Shown here one piece after another: positions 1 through 8,643 of a stretch of DNA of 64,000 nucleotides. This DNA is from a virus (lineage: Duplodnaviria > Caudoviricetes), in IMG/VR virus record IMGVR_UViG_3300007171_000004, positions 236,537-300,536 of that record. One strand, given 5' to 3'. Below the pieces are notes generated by a model. That model saw only the letters and a program-made list of their open reading frames with translations, did no database searches and had not been told where the DNA came from. Every line of letters starts with the position of its first letter. Position 1 is the stretch's first letter. Made by a program: the position numbers and the translations under genes.

Positions 1-667
1 TACATATTCTATCCAAAGATTGATTAAAGAATGGATTGTTGTTTGAAATATGTTCTACTCCATCAATACATACTAACTCATAATTAGCAAAAATATCTTT
101 AACCTCATCAATTTCAGATCTATTGTCAAAATCAGACATAAGACTAACTAAGTCAGACCATTCATAGTACATTGTTGTCAAAGATTGATTGATAGCTGAT
201 TGTGCAATTACAGAATTAATAAAAGATTTTCCTGAACCTTGATTGCCAGTAAATAAAATAGAATGAAGTTTGCTTTTTACATTGCCATCATGTTGTAAAT
301 AGATACTCTTGCCTTGAACAATAACTGATAAATTAGACGAATAAAATTTAACTAACTTCTTGATATTTGTACTTGTTATTTGTTGAGATCCTAATGAATT
401 GCCACTAGAATCAGCATGAATATTCCAGTCTTCTATAGTTTTGTGCCAATATTTTCTAGGCAAGTTTGATTTGATGTAAATTTCTTTAAGCATCTTAGAT
501 TTAGCACAAGAGCATACAATAACTTGACCATCTGAATTAAGAGCATATCCACGGTAGCTGCATTCAACACAGCCCTTACCAGTTTTTTTACGTTCTTCTA
601 AAGCTCTTGAATCAATTGAATCAACATCAACACCTAAAGATTTCAGAAAATTGGAATTAGCACTCAT
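1..667 (-). CDS. DnaC/IstB-like ATPase (helicase loader), truncated by window edge
   Basis: Not in the ORF track; my translation from ATG at 667 shows N-terminal CVECSY..VCSC Zn motif, Walker A GNQGSGKS and Walker B ELVCIDG; open to position 1. Confidence 0.75.
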   Translation of the reverse strand, partial: MSANSNFLKSLGVDVDSIDSRALEERKKTGKGCVECSYRGYALNSDGQVIVCSCAKSKMLKEIYIKSNLPRKYWHKTIEDWNIHADSSGNSLGSQQITSTNIKKLVKFYSSNLSVIVQGKSIYLQHDGNVKSKLHSILFTGNQGSGKSFINSVIAQSAINQSLTTMYYEWSDLVSLMSDFDNRSEIDEVKDIFANYELVCIDGVEHISNNNPFFNQSLDRIC

Positions 668-682
668 GCATCTATTGTACCG

Positions 683-2245
683 TTAGAATTTCTGTGATGC
701 ATTCCTTGCTCTATTATTTGCCCATTTTCTTAAGGCATTTATTGATTCAGCCATAGTTTTGGACAAAGGAACAGTTTCTTTGATAGCTTTTTCTAAATCA
801 CTATTATTTATTTCTCTAGAATAATAAAATGCTTCATACATAGCAGATACAATAGAAGCTTCAATCTCAGCGCCAGTGAATCCATCAGTTTTTTCAACTA
901 ATCTAACAACATCGAAATTTTTTGGGTCTCTATTTCGTTTTTTAAGATGAATTTCAAAAATAACTTGTCTTTCGTATGCATCAGGAAGATCTACAAAGAA
1001 TATTTCGTCGAATCTACCCTTGCGTAAAAGTTCAGGAGGTAATTGAGAAACATCATTGGCAGTAGCAACAACAAATACAGGACTTTTCTTTTCTTGCATC
1101 CATGTTAGCCAAGATCCCATAACTCTTGAAGTTGTTCCACCATCAGTCATAGAAGAGCTTGAAGTGCCTGACATTCCCTTGTCAATTTCATCACACCATA
1201 AAATAGCTGGCGCAACACTTTCTGCAACTTTAAAAACTTGTCTCATGTTGCTTTCAGAGGAGCCTACTAGACCAGAAAAGATTTTGCCCATATCCAATCT
1301 TAGTAGGGGAAAATTCCAATAGTTTGCAACAGCCTTGGCACATAATGATTTACCAGCTCCCTGAACTCCAACTAATAATATGCCCTTAGGATTTTCAGGT
1401 AAGCCAAATTCTACTGCTTCTTGTGTAAATGCTCGTTTTCTTGTATTAAGCCAGTTTTTGAGCTCATCTAAACCACCAACTGAATCTAAATCTGCATTTA
1501 CATCAATCCAATCTAACAACCCTGACTTCCTAATAATATCTTTCTTTTGTTTGATAATTTCTTCAGGATTTAATTCATTGTTTTTGATAAAATTGTATGC
1601 ACAAACTTGCTCACACTCAGTTAAAGTTAGTCCCTGAAATGAATCTACAATTTTCTCAAGTTCTTCTTTTGAATAATCTAATTTTAATTTTGTACTTTTT
1701 CTGGACTTAAGAGTTTCTAACATTTGTAGAATTTTTTCATTCAAATGTTCTTTTTCAGGAAGTGGCCAATCAATAATAGCTACATTTTTTTCTAATTCTT
1801 GTGGTAATTCAAGTTCAGGAGAAAGAATTATAAGAGCTTTATTCTTAGTGATGCAATTTATAGATAGATTTCTCAAATGTCTTGTCAGAGAAATTTCAAT
1901 TTGACCTTGTATAGATTTTAGACCAAAAAATTTATTAAAATCTTTCAATATTAAAATAAAAAACTTATCTCTGGGAACTTCAAGATCATCGAACCATTGT
2001 AAAATTTCTACCTGATCCATTTTTCTTTGAGCTTTGTCAGGCAATAATTCATCTGAAGTTCCTGATAAACCGCTAATAATATCCCAGAATCCAATATTAA
2101 ATTCCATAGTTGCGTTTTTGAATAGATTCTTAATTGATTCTATCACTCGCATTTCTTCATGGGATATTAAATAAATGATTGGCCTCTTAGATCTAAGATG
2201 CCAATCAAGTTCTTTCAATGCAATGTCGTGGTTAGAGTTATTCAT
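683..2245 (-). CDS. Ycf46-like AAA+ ATPase
   Basis: C-terminal AAA domain GILLVGVQGAGKS, ILWCDEIDK, ATAND, LLRKGRFDEIFFVDLP; degenerate N-terminal AAA-like domain. Confidence 0.85.
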   Translation of the reverse strand: MNNSNHDIALKELDWHLRSKRPIIYLISHEEMRVIESIKNLFKNATMEFNIGFWDIISGLSGTSDELLPDKAQRKMDQVEILQWFDDLEVPRDKFFILILKDFNKFFGLKSIQGQIEISLTRHLRNLSINCITKNKALIILSPELELPQELEKNVAIIDWPLPEKEHLNEKILQMLETLKSRKSTKLKLDYSKEELEKIVDSFQGLTLTECEQVCAYNFIKNNELNPEEIIKQKKDIIRKSGLLDWIDVNADLDSVGGLDELKNWLNTRKRAFTQEAVEFGLPENPKGILLVGVQGAGKSLCAKAVANYWNFPLLRLDMGKIFSGLVGSSESNMRQVFKVAESVAPAILWCDEIDKGMSGTSSSSMTDGGTTSRVMGSWLTWMQEKKSPVFVVATANDVSQLPPELLRKGRFDEIFFVDLPDAYERQVIFEIHLKKRNRDPKNFDVVRLVEKTDGFTGAEIEASIVSAMYEAFYYSREINNSDLEKAIKETVPLSKTMAESINALRKWANNRARNASQKF

Positions 2246-3096
2246 AATTTGGTTAGCCTATTATATTCTTTTAGTGGCTTACCCTTATAATCCTCATCTC
2301 TCCACCATTTTTCATTATAATAGTCTTTGCAATATTTAGATAAAGACACTCTCCAGTCAAGCATAGAAAAATTATCTGAATATGGAGAACGGAGAATTGA
2401 TCTTTGGAATATTTGAGAAACCCTTAATTGAGATTGTATATCGCCTTGTCTAAGCTTTTCAATATATGCAATTAGACCTTTAAATACAACATCATAAGAA
2501 ACTCCCTTATACTGAACGAAATATGTTGCAGCTACGGGAATTCCAAATCTTGCAAAAATTTCACTAACCTTGCCTTCTCGATCTGCTTCCTGAATCTCAT
2601 CTAAAATATTCTCTTCTTGATGTGATCTGTCTATTTTATTATCTTCAACTTGTGGCAAAATTTCTTCTTGAAAAAAGTAATTAATCATTTTAAAGACAGC
2701 ATTAGAATCAATAAATGAAGTATGTTTTAGAACTTCATCTGTGTTTTCAAATACCCAGTCGATTAATTTTTTAGTATAAATTCGTTTATTGACACCATTT
2801 GAAGCCATAAATCTCATGATATCGTTGAAAACTTTACCATCAGATCCATAGACTTTTCGGTATTTATTATTAAACTTCTTATAATACTCCAAAGAAAAAT
2901 AGTCAACAAATGTTCTTGCAGTCCAATCTTTAACATCATGGGCAAGAAGATTTGGGGTTAATCTCTTATCTTCAGTTGATATTTTTCTAGTTCTTGTGAT
3001 TTTGAAAGGGTTTGATAAACTTTCTTTTTCAGGAACAGGTGTAGCCATTATCTCTTTAACCATTTCTAACAATTCATCGCTCATCGATTGCTTCAA
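2242..3096 (-). CDS. Hypothetical protein in replication operon
   Basis: 284-aa ORF overlapping both neighbours; no recognised motif. Confidence 0.7.
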   Translation of the reverse strand: MKQSMSDELLEMVKEIMATPVPEKESLSNPFKITRTRKISTEDKRLTPNLLAHDVKDWTARTFVDYFSLEYYKKFNNKYRKVYGSDGKVFNDIMRFMASNGVNKRIYTKKLIDWVFENTDEVLKHTSFIDSNAVFKMINYFFQEEILPQVEDNKIDRSHQEENILDEIQEADREGKVSEIFARFGIPVAATYFVQYKGVSYDVVFKGLIAYIEKLRQGDIQSQLRVSQIFQRSILRSPYSDNFSMLDWRVSLSKYCKDYYNEKWWRDEDYKGKPLKEYNRLTKL

Positions 3097-3811
3097 TATC
3101 CTCTGACAAATTCATTTCATCCATTAAATCATCATAATTCATTTCAACCACAAGAGCATGTTTTTCTTCGTTGTGTTTTACTTGAAATATTTGATTAGCT
3201 GGTTTGCCAAATACATCTACTCTATGAGATGTAAATATTAATTGTATGTTCTCTGACTCAGAATATTCTTTCAGAAAACTAGCTAATTTAATAATCTTGT
3301 CGTCAGCAGAAAGATGTTTTAAAGTCTCATCTAGTAATACAGGTCCTTGATATCCCTTAAACTTTAATAGAGCAAAACTAAATGCTAATCCAACAACTTC
3401 AATTAAACCACCGCCTCTAGAATTTACAACACCAGTCTCTAGAATTGAATCATTATAAACTGATCTAATTCTAATCTCACATTTAAAATCATTTTTGCCT
3501 TTTTCTCTTTGTTCATCATGAGTATCAAAGAAAACAGCATAGTCTGAACCATAAATCTCTTGAATAAAGGTAGTTGCAGTTACTTCAAGAAAATCAAAAA
3601 ACTCTTTCTTTTTTTCAAGTGCGATTCTATTCAAAAGTGCTACAGATTTTACCAATTGATTTTTAAGAGCTTTATTGTCAGCTATTTTAGATTCTAGTGT
3701 TTCAATTCTTTGCTTTAAATCATCTCTAAGGTTGACCTGAGTATTCAAGTCAACCTTATAATTATCTAAAAACTGTTTACATTCAAGCAGATTCATTTTC
3801 AATGTTCTCAA
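3074..3811 (-). CDS. Rad50/SbcC C-terminal half (coiled coil plus ABC signature, Walker B, H-loop)
   Basis: Coiled coil then SRGGG signature, GPVLLDETLKHL, LIFTSH; no Walker A. Confidence 0.8.
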   Translation of the reverse strand: MRTLKMNLLECKQFLDNYKVDLNTQVNLRDDLKQRIETLESKIADNKALKNQLVKSVALLNRIALEKKKEFFDFLEVTATTFIQEIYGSDYAVFFDTHDEQREKGKNDFKCEIRIRSVYNDSILETGVVNSRGGGLIEVVGLAFSFALLKFKGYQGPVLLDETLKHLSADDKIIKLASFLKEYSESENIQLIFTSHRVDVFGKPANQIFQVKHNEEKHALVVEMNYDDLMDEMNLSEDIEAIDER

Positions 3812-4076
3812 TACTCTGATTCAACTTTGTGATTTCTTCCTCTAGCTCAATTGTAAGAGAGTCAATCTTTTCTTTCAGCATCTTTGGAAGGCAATTATAA
3901 AGTTCTTGGCATTGAGTCTCAAGATCTGTCTTTTCCTTTAGCAATGTCTCATACTGCTCATTAAGGGTTTTCGTTGCTCCCTTGGCTTCTGAAATCTTGG
4001 TGTTAATCTTTTCAATTTCTTCAATATAATTCATCATTCTACTCCTGACTGTAAATAGTATCACGCATTCTATCAA
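3783..4076 (-). CDS. Small coiled-coil protein (true start probably near 4037)
   Basis: Heptad-rich ORF coupled between sbcD and the Rad50 C-half. Confidence 0.65.
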   Translation of the reverse strand: MIECVILFTVRSRMMNYIEEIEKINTKISEAKGATKTLNEQYETLLKEKTDLETQCQELYNCLPKMLKEKIDSLTIELEEEITKLNQSIENIENESA

Positions 4077-5022
4077 CTGACAATGCTATTACATCTTCTT
4101 CAATGTTATTTTCTTTGCCATATTCTTTAATAAGTTGAATAGGATCATTAATAAGATTGAATTTCTTCATATCAATTTCAGAGAGCTTGCGAATATAAGC
4201 ACTATTAGATTTGATTTCCTTTTTCTTAGTCTCTTTAGCTGAAAAATTAAAAATCATCTCTGCTGGTAAAGAACTTTCAAGCTTATGATATTCGACATTA
4301 TAGATAGTACCCTCAAGATCATAAACAACAGATACTACATTAATATCCCTGCAAATAATTTCAGGTTGCATAGCGTATCTACCAACACTACCCGGATTTA
4401 TAAACTGAACTCCATCTTCTCGCTTTTGTTGCATAGGAGAATGAATATGTCCACTTAAAACCAATTTAGTTGATGGATGAAACTTAGTGTCCTTAAAAAT
4501 TACACCCTCAAAATCTCTTGCTGGAACTGTCATTAAAGAAGCATGTAAAGCAAGGATAGGATAATTTACGTTTTGAAGTTTACCAGCACGAATATCAGCA
4601 TCAAGTTTAGGATAAAAATGTCCCAAATAGATTCCTAGATGATCTATGCTTTCACAATACTCCAATAATCCGCTTGAAAACAATGTATTTAAACTAGACA
4701 TTGGAAGATTAGACATGTTGTGACCAATATCATGATTGCCAATAACTGCGTAAGATTTAAATGGCCAAGGTTTACCAGTTTCATCACTTCTTAAAGCATG
4801 TAAAAGCTTAGATACAATTGTAGGCTGCACAACTGTTTTATCAAAAATATCTCCAAGAAAAACAACAGCATCAACTTTCTGATCCCGCCCAATTTGAAGA
4901 CACTCTAGAAATTCTTTAGCAGAAGTTTCACAATAATTATCTAATCTTCCCGGAGGTTGCTTTGATGCGCAGTGATTATCTCCTACAAATAAAACCTTAA
5001 ATTTACTCAACTTCTTCTCCAA
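4039..5022 (-). CDS. sbcD: Mre11/SbcD-like metallophosphoesterase nuclease
   Basis: GDNH, FLGDIFD, IGNHD, LHA, LSGHIH, NPGS motifs. Confidence 0.9.
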   Translation of the reverse strand: MEKKLSKFKVLFVGDNHCASKQPPGRLDNYCETSAKEFLECLQIGRDQKVDAVVFLGDIFDKTVVQPTIVSKLLHALRSDETGKPWPFKSYAVIGNHDIGHNMSNLPMSSLNTLFSSGLLEYCESIDHLGIYLGHFYPKLDADIRAGKLQNVNYPILALHASLMTVPARDFEGVIFKDTKFHPSTKLVLSGHIHSPMQQKREDGVQFINPGSVGRYAMQPEIICRDINVVSVVYDLEGTIYNVEYHKLESSLPAEMIFNFSAKETKKKEIKSNSAYIRKLSEIDMKKFNLINDPIQLIKEYGKENNIEEDVIALSVDRMRDTIYSQE

Positions 5023-6304
5023 TTAAGTTTACTGTACCACAACTTGAGCACTCAAAAGATTTCATAGACTTAAGTTTTTCAAGTTGTTCGATCTGCCCAT
5101 AAAAGAAATCTATCTCTTCCTGTTTTGCTTTTAATGAATTTTTAACTTCATTGTAAGATACGATTTGGCTCTTACATGTTGAAAAGAAATTTTGCATATT
5201 AACCAAAGCTTCTTTCTTTTCATTGATGGATTTAATTTGAGCTACAATCTTTTTATCAGCTATCAGTTTACATCGTTCTAGCTCAGCCCTATTCTTATTA
5301 ATTTTAAGGCTCAAATCTTCATGTTTTTTAACCATTTCCTTAGAAGATCTATATAATGACATTTTTGATTTAATAACTTCAAATTGTTCAATATTATCTT
5401 CTGACAAAATGCTATCATAAATCCGTTTCTTGTTTTTTAAATTGCTAATATTATCAGAGACTTTATTATAATTTGATTGAAACGAGGCAAGAGATTGTAT
5501 AGTCTTGTTGTTTTCTTTAATTAATTGAAAACTAGGCTCATGGTTAGCAATACTTTGATGATATTCTAGGCTCTTCTTAGTATTTTTAATCTGCCTTATG
5601 TTGTTCAATGCAGTTTGGTAAAAATCACTTAAAATTTCAAGATTAGATTCTTTAACTGAGCAATTTTCATAGATTAAAGACATTCTGTTAAGATCGATAA
5701 GTTTGTCATCCAAATTATCATAATCTTTCATCTTGTCATTTAATTCAGATAGAGTAGTTAAGTCGTCTTTAATTTTGCTTTCAACTTGATTGGCTTCAGA
5801 GTTCATCTTTTTACCACACGAATCAAAATAATCAAGTTTAATTAGTCTTGATATAAATCTTGGTAACTCTGTGGAAGATAAGCTAGTAAGACAGGGTGGC
5901 GTAAATTGTCCTAGATATGCTAAAGAACCTAAACCAGAATCATCAACTATATCACTGTTTCCAAGAAGCTTTTTAATTGCATCAGTGTATTTAGAGCCAA
6001 AGTTGTGAAATTCTTGAGGTTCTTCATCAGGTGCGTAGTAAGTAAATACATTCTTAGATGGTCCTTTAGATCTAACAAATTTACGACCATCTACAAGTTC
6101 TACTGTGACTGTTGTATATTGAGCGCCTAAAGTTACAAAGCCTTTATCAAACTCATCATGTAGGACAAAATTCATAGCTCTATTAATAGCTGTTTTGCCT
6201 CCATTACTTGTACCCGTGATAAGGTTAATGTTGCTATCAAAATCAATAACAGTGTGGTGATGATTTTGAAAGTTCTCTAATGTAAGTGTTTTAATTTTGT
6301 CCAT
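5003..6304 (-). CDS. sbcC: Rad50/SbcC N-terminal half (Walker A, coiled coil, terminal CxxC hook)
   Basis: LTLENFQNH, ITGTSNGGKTAINRA, Q-loop LGQF, long coiled coil ending CSSCG; no Walker B. Confidence 0.85.
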   Translation of the reverse strand: MDKIKTLTLENFQNHHHTVIDFDSNINLITGTSNGGKTAINRAMNFVLHDEFDKGFVTLGAQYTTVTVELVDGRKFVRSKGPSKNVFTYYAPDEEPQEFHNFGSKYTDAIKKLLGNSDIVDDSGLGSLAYLGQFTPPCLTSLSSTELPRFISRLIKLDYFDSCGKKMNSEANQVESKIKDDLTTLSELNDKMKDYDNLDDKLIDLNRMSLIYENCSVKESNLEILSDFYQTALNNIRQIKNTKKSLEYHQSIANHEPSFQLIKENNKTIQSLASFQSNYNKVSDNISNLKNKKRIYDSILSEDNIEQFEVIKSKMSLYRSSKEMVKKHEDLSLKINKNRAELERCKLIADKKIVAQIKSINEKKEALVNMQNFFSTCKSQIVSYNEVKNSLKAKQEEIDFFYGQIEQLEKLKSMKSFECSSCGTVNLIGEEVE

Positions 6305-6306
6305 AA

Positions 6307-6798
6307 TTAGTCCAGTAATATTTTATCCATAATAGTAGCAAAGTGCAATGAGATAAATTCTTCTTTTGGCTGATAATTCATAGATGGGGTTATTTTGTTA
6401 TGTATCTCAATTCGGTCAATACTAGGATTTATTAATTGTATAGGACTATGAACCAATTCACAGCACCTTTCTTGTGAATCACTTAAATTGTAATATCTCT
6501 TACAATGCAAACATTCAAAAGCAGATTTTTTGAAATATATAAGAAAACCAAGTTCATTTAGGTTCAAATCAGATTGAAATTCAAAAATCACTTTGTCATA
6601 ATTTTTGTAGAATTTTTTAAGAAACCCAAGAGAATGATTTTTGTATATTATTCTTACTTGTTTTTGGCTGCTAATTGAAAAATTTTTAATATCAATAAGA
6701 AATCCACAAGTAGTGAGCATGTTGTTTTCAAAAAGTATCGCATGAAATTTATTAGAATCTTGAGTAAGAGATTCACGATTTAAAAGAGAGAGATTCAT
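6307..6798 (-). CDS. Hypothetical protein
   Basis: 163-aa ORF, 2-nt gap to sbcC; CLHC..CC. Confidence 0.6.
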   Translation of the reverse strand: MNLSLLNRESLTQDSNKFHAILFENNMLTTCGFLIDIKNFSISSQKQVRIIYKNHSLGFLKKFYKNYDKVIFEFQSDLNLNELGFLIYFKKSAFECLHCKRYYNLSDSQERCCELVHSPIQLINPSIDRIEIHNKITPSMNYQPKEEFISLHFATIMDKILLD

Positions 6799-6996
6799 AT
6801 GATTATTAAAATTGACAGAGATATGATTGTAACTGAATTATATCAACTTAGAGCTATTGTTACAAATATTTCCACTGACCCATTAGAAACAGAAGACGCT
6901 AGAAAAAAGATTGATGAATTAATCAATTTAATTTCTCTAGCGCCTCAAAGTGAAAACAATTCTAGCTTTCCGAAAATTTCAGTTAAAAGAGGTTAG
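6799..6996 (+). CDS. Small hypothetical protein
   Basis: 65 aa filling the gap between convergent/divergent genes. Confidence 0.5.
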   Translation: MIIKIDRDMIVTELYQLRAIVTNISTDPLETEDARKKIDELINLISLAPQSENNSSFPKISVKRG

Positions 6997-7715
6997 ATCT
7001 CCAAATCCGGTAATGAAATGTTTACATAAAAAGGCTCATCTGTCTCAACACTAGCGTATACAGATGTGGAAATTCGATAAACATTTCTAGATCCTGTGTG
7101 CGGACATTCAATTTGCCAGCTGTTATCATCGCAAGGTATAATCTTTCCTCTCTTAAGAGATTTAGGATTATTGATAGCATATGATGTGGAAGAACTTACC
7201 TCTTCATTCCATTTAAAAATTCCGTTAGCTCTTAAACCTTCATCAGACATTTCTTCTTCCGTCATATCGTCGAGTAAATCGAGCATATCAATAAGGAAAT
7301 CTTGTCCATCTTCTGTGGTCACTGTCTCATAGTTAGCCATTGCATCAGAGTTTTCTTGAATTTCATCATTGAACTTTGAATTGTCTACAGATGAAACTGA
7401 AGATTCTTTTGGAATAATTGAATTGTAAGAACCGCTTTGATAAGTTTTAAATACATCAAAGACAGAAACATTATTTTGCTTTTGTAATGTGTAAAGAACG
7501 CTGTATGCAAGCTTCTTAAATGATGGAGCGAAGCCATTCAGTTTTACAGTACAATTGTCGTCATTAAATTCAAGCTTACCAACTTCCATAACACCAACAT
7601 TGGGAGACAGCAAAGCAGTGAACAATTTCATTCCAGATTCATTTTCTGAGGTTGTCAAATCACTCATCAATGCTTCAAATCGTTCACGACCACGAGTAAG
7701 ATTAAAGTTTTCCAT
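6993..7715 (-). CDS. Acidic hypothetical protein
   Basis: 240-aa ORF. Confidence 0.7.
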   Translation of the reverse strand: MENFNLTRGRERFEALMSDLTTSENESGMKLFTALLSPNVGVMEVGKLEFNDDNCTVKLNGFAPSFKKLAYSVLYTLQKQNNVSVFDVFKTYQSGSYNSIIPKESSVSSVDNSKFNDEIQENSDAMANYETVTTEDGQDFLIDMLDLLDDMTEEEMSDEGLRANGIFKWNEEVSSSTSYAINNPKSLKRGKIIPCDDNSWQIECPHTGSRNVYRISTSVYASVETDEPFYVNISLPDLEI

Positions 7716-7716
7716 A

Positions 7717-8538
7717 TCAAACAGTATTATACTCAGAAGGCACTAATATGTCAAAGCGAATTTCAATCGGATAGTCAATTCCGCCAATAGGATAAAAAAA
7801 GAATTTATGATTTTCATTCTTTTGCACTTTAATATATAAAAAGTCATTTCTAGAATATGCTTTTTTAAATCCTGATTCATAAATTGTGTCTTTGTATTTG
7901 AAGATTATGTTGCCACTACCGCCTCTTGGACTGTATGACATTTTCAAAATACCTGATTTCTTTATATCTACATTTAAACAAACTTCATACCCAAATTGAC
8001 CATTTATATCATTGGGCGGATTTTCTCCAAGCCTGTGTATTGCGAAATTATCTAACTGATAATTATAAACTTTTTTCCAATCATCATCAATAAGTAAGAC
8101 GTGATTAATTTTTTTAGAAGAATTATCGAAAGAAATTTTAAATACAGAATTTTTTTTAAATTTGCCTTCTATTGCGCCTGATACGGTTTGATTAGGCTGC
8201 AAAATAATAGTTTTTTTAATTTGACCATCAATCTTATTATTTTTAAGAAACGAAACTGTAGCATTAGAACCAGCTCTACCAGGATCTTTATCGACATTAA
8301 GGCCAAAAGATGCATTAGAAACAAAACTGGAATACAAATTAAATTTGATATTTCTATTTGTTTTGTTTATATAATGGAAGAAAAATTTATTTTTTGATTC
8401 TTCATTGAATCTATGTTCTATAATCGATCCACTTGAATAAATCTTCTCAGGATTATTCAAATAGATAAATTTCCCAGGTTGAATCATATTCCAAACTACC
8501 AAAAAACAGTATAAAGATAACTTAGAATAATAAAACAT
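7717..8538 (-). CDS. Hypothetical, possibly exported protein
   Basis: 273 aa, hydrophobic N-terminus. Confidence 0.65.
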   Translation of the reverse strand: MFYYSKLSLYCFLVVWNMIQPGKFIYLNNPEKIYSSGSIIEHRFNEESKNKFFFHYINKTNRNIKFNLYSSFVSNASFGLNVDKDPGRAGSNATVSFLKNNKIDGQIKKTIILQPNQTVSGAIEGKFKKNSVFKISFDNSSKKINHVLLIDDDWKKVYNYQLDNFAIHRLGENPPNDINGQFGYEVCLNVDIKKSGILKMSYSPRGGSGNIIFKYKDTIYESGFKKAYSRNDFLYIKVQKNENHKFFFYPIGGIDYPIEIRFDILVPSEYNTV

Positions 8539-8643
8539 CTCAACCCCTCCAAGGAAAAGAAAGTCTGTAAGTTGTAATTAAAAAACAAATCACAGATAAA
8601 ATACTTTTCTGAAAAATCTATTTTTTATCTTTTAGGTCAAGTC

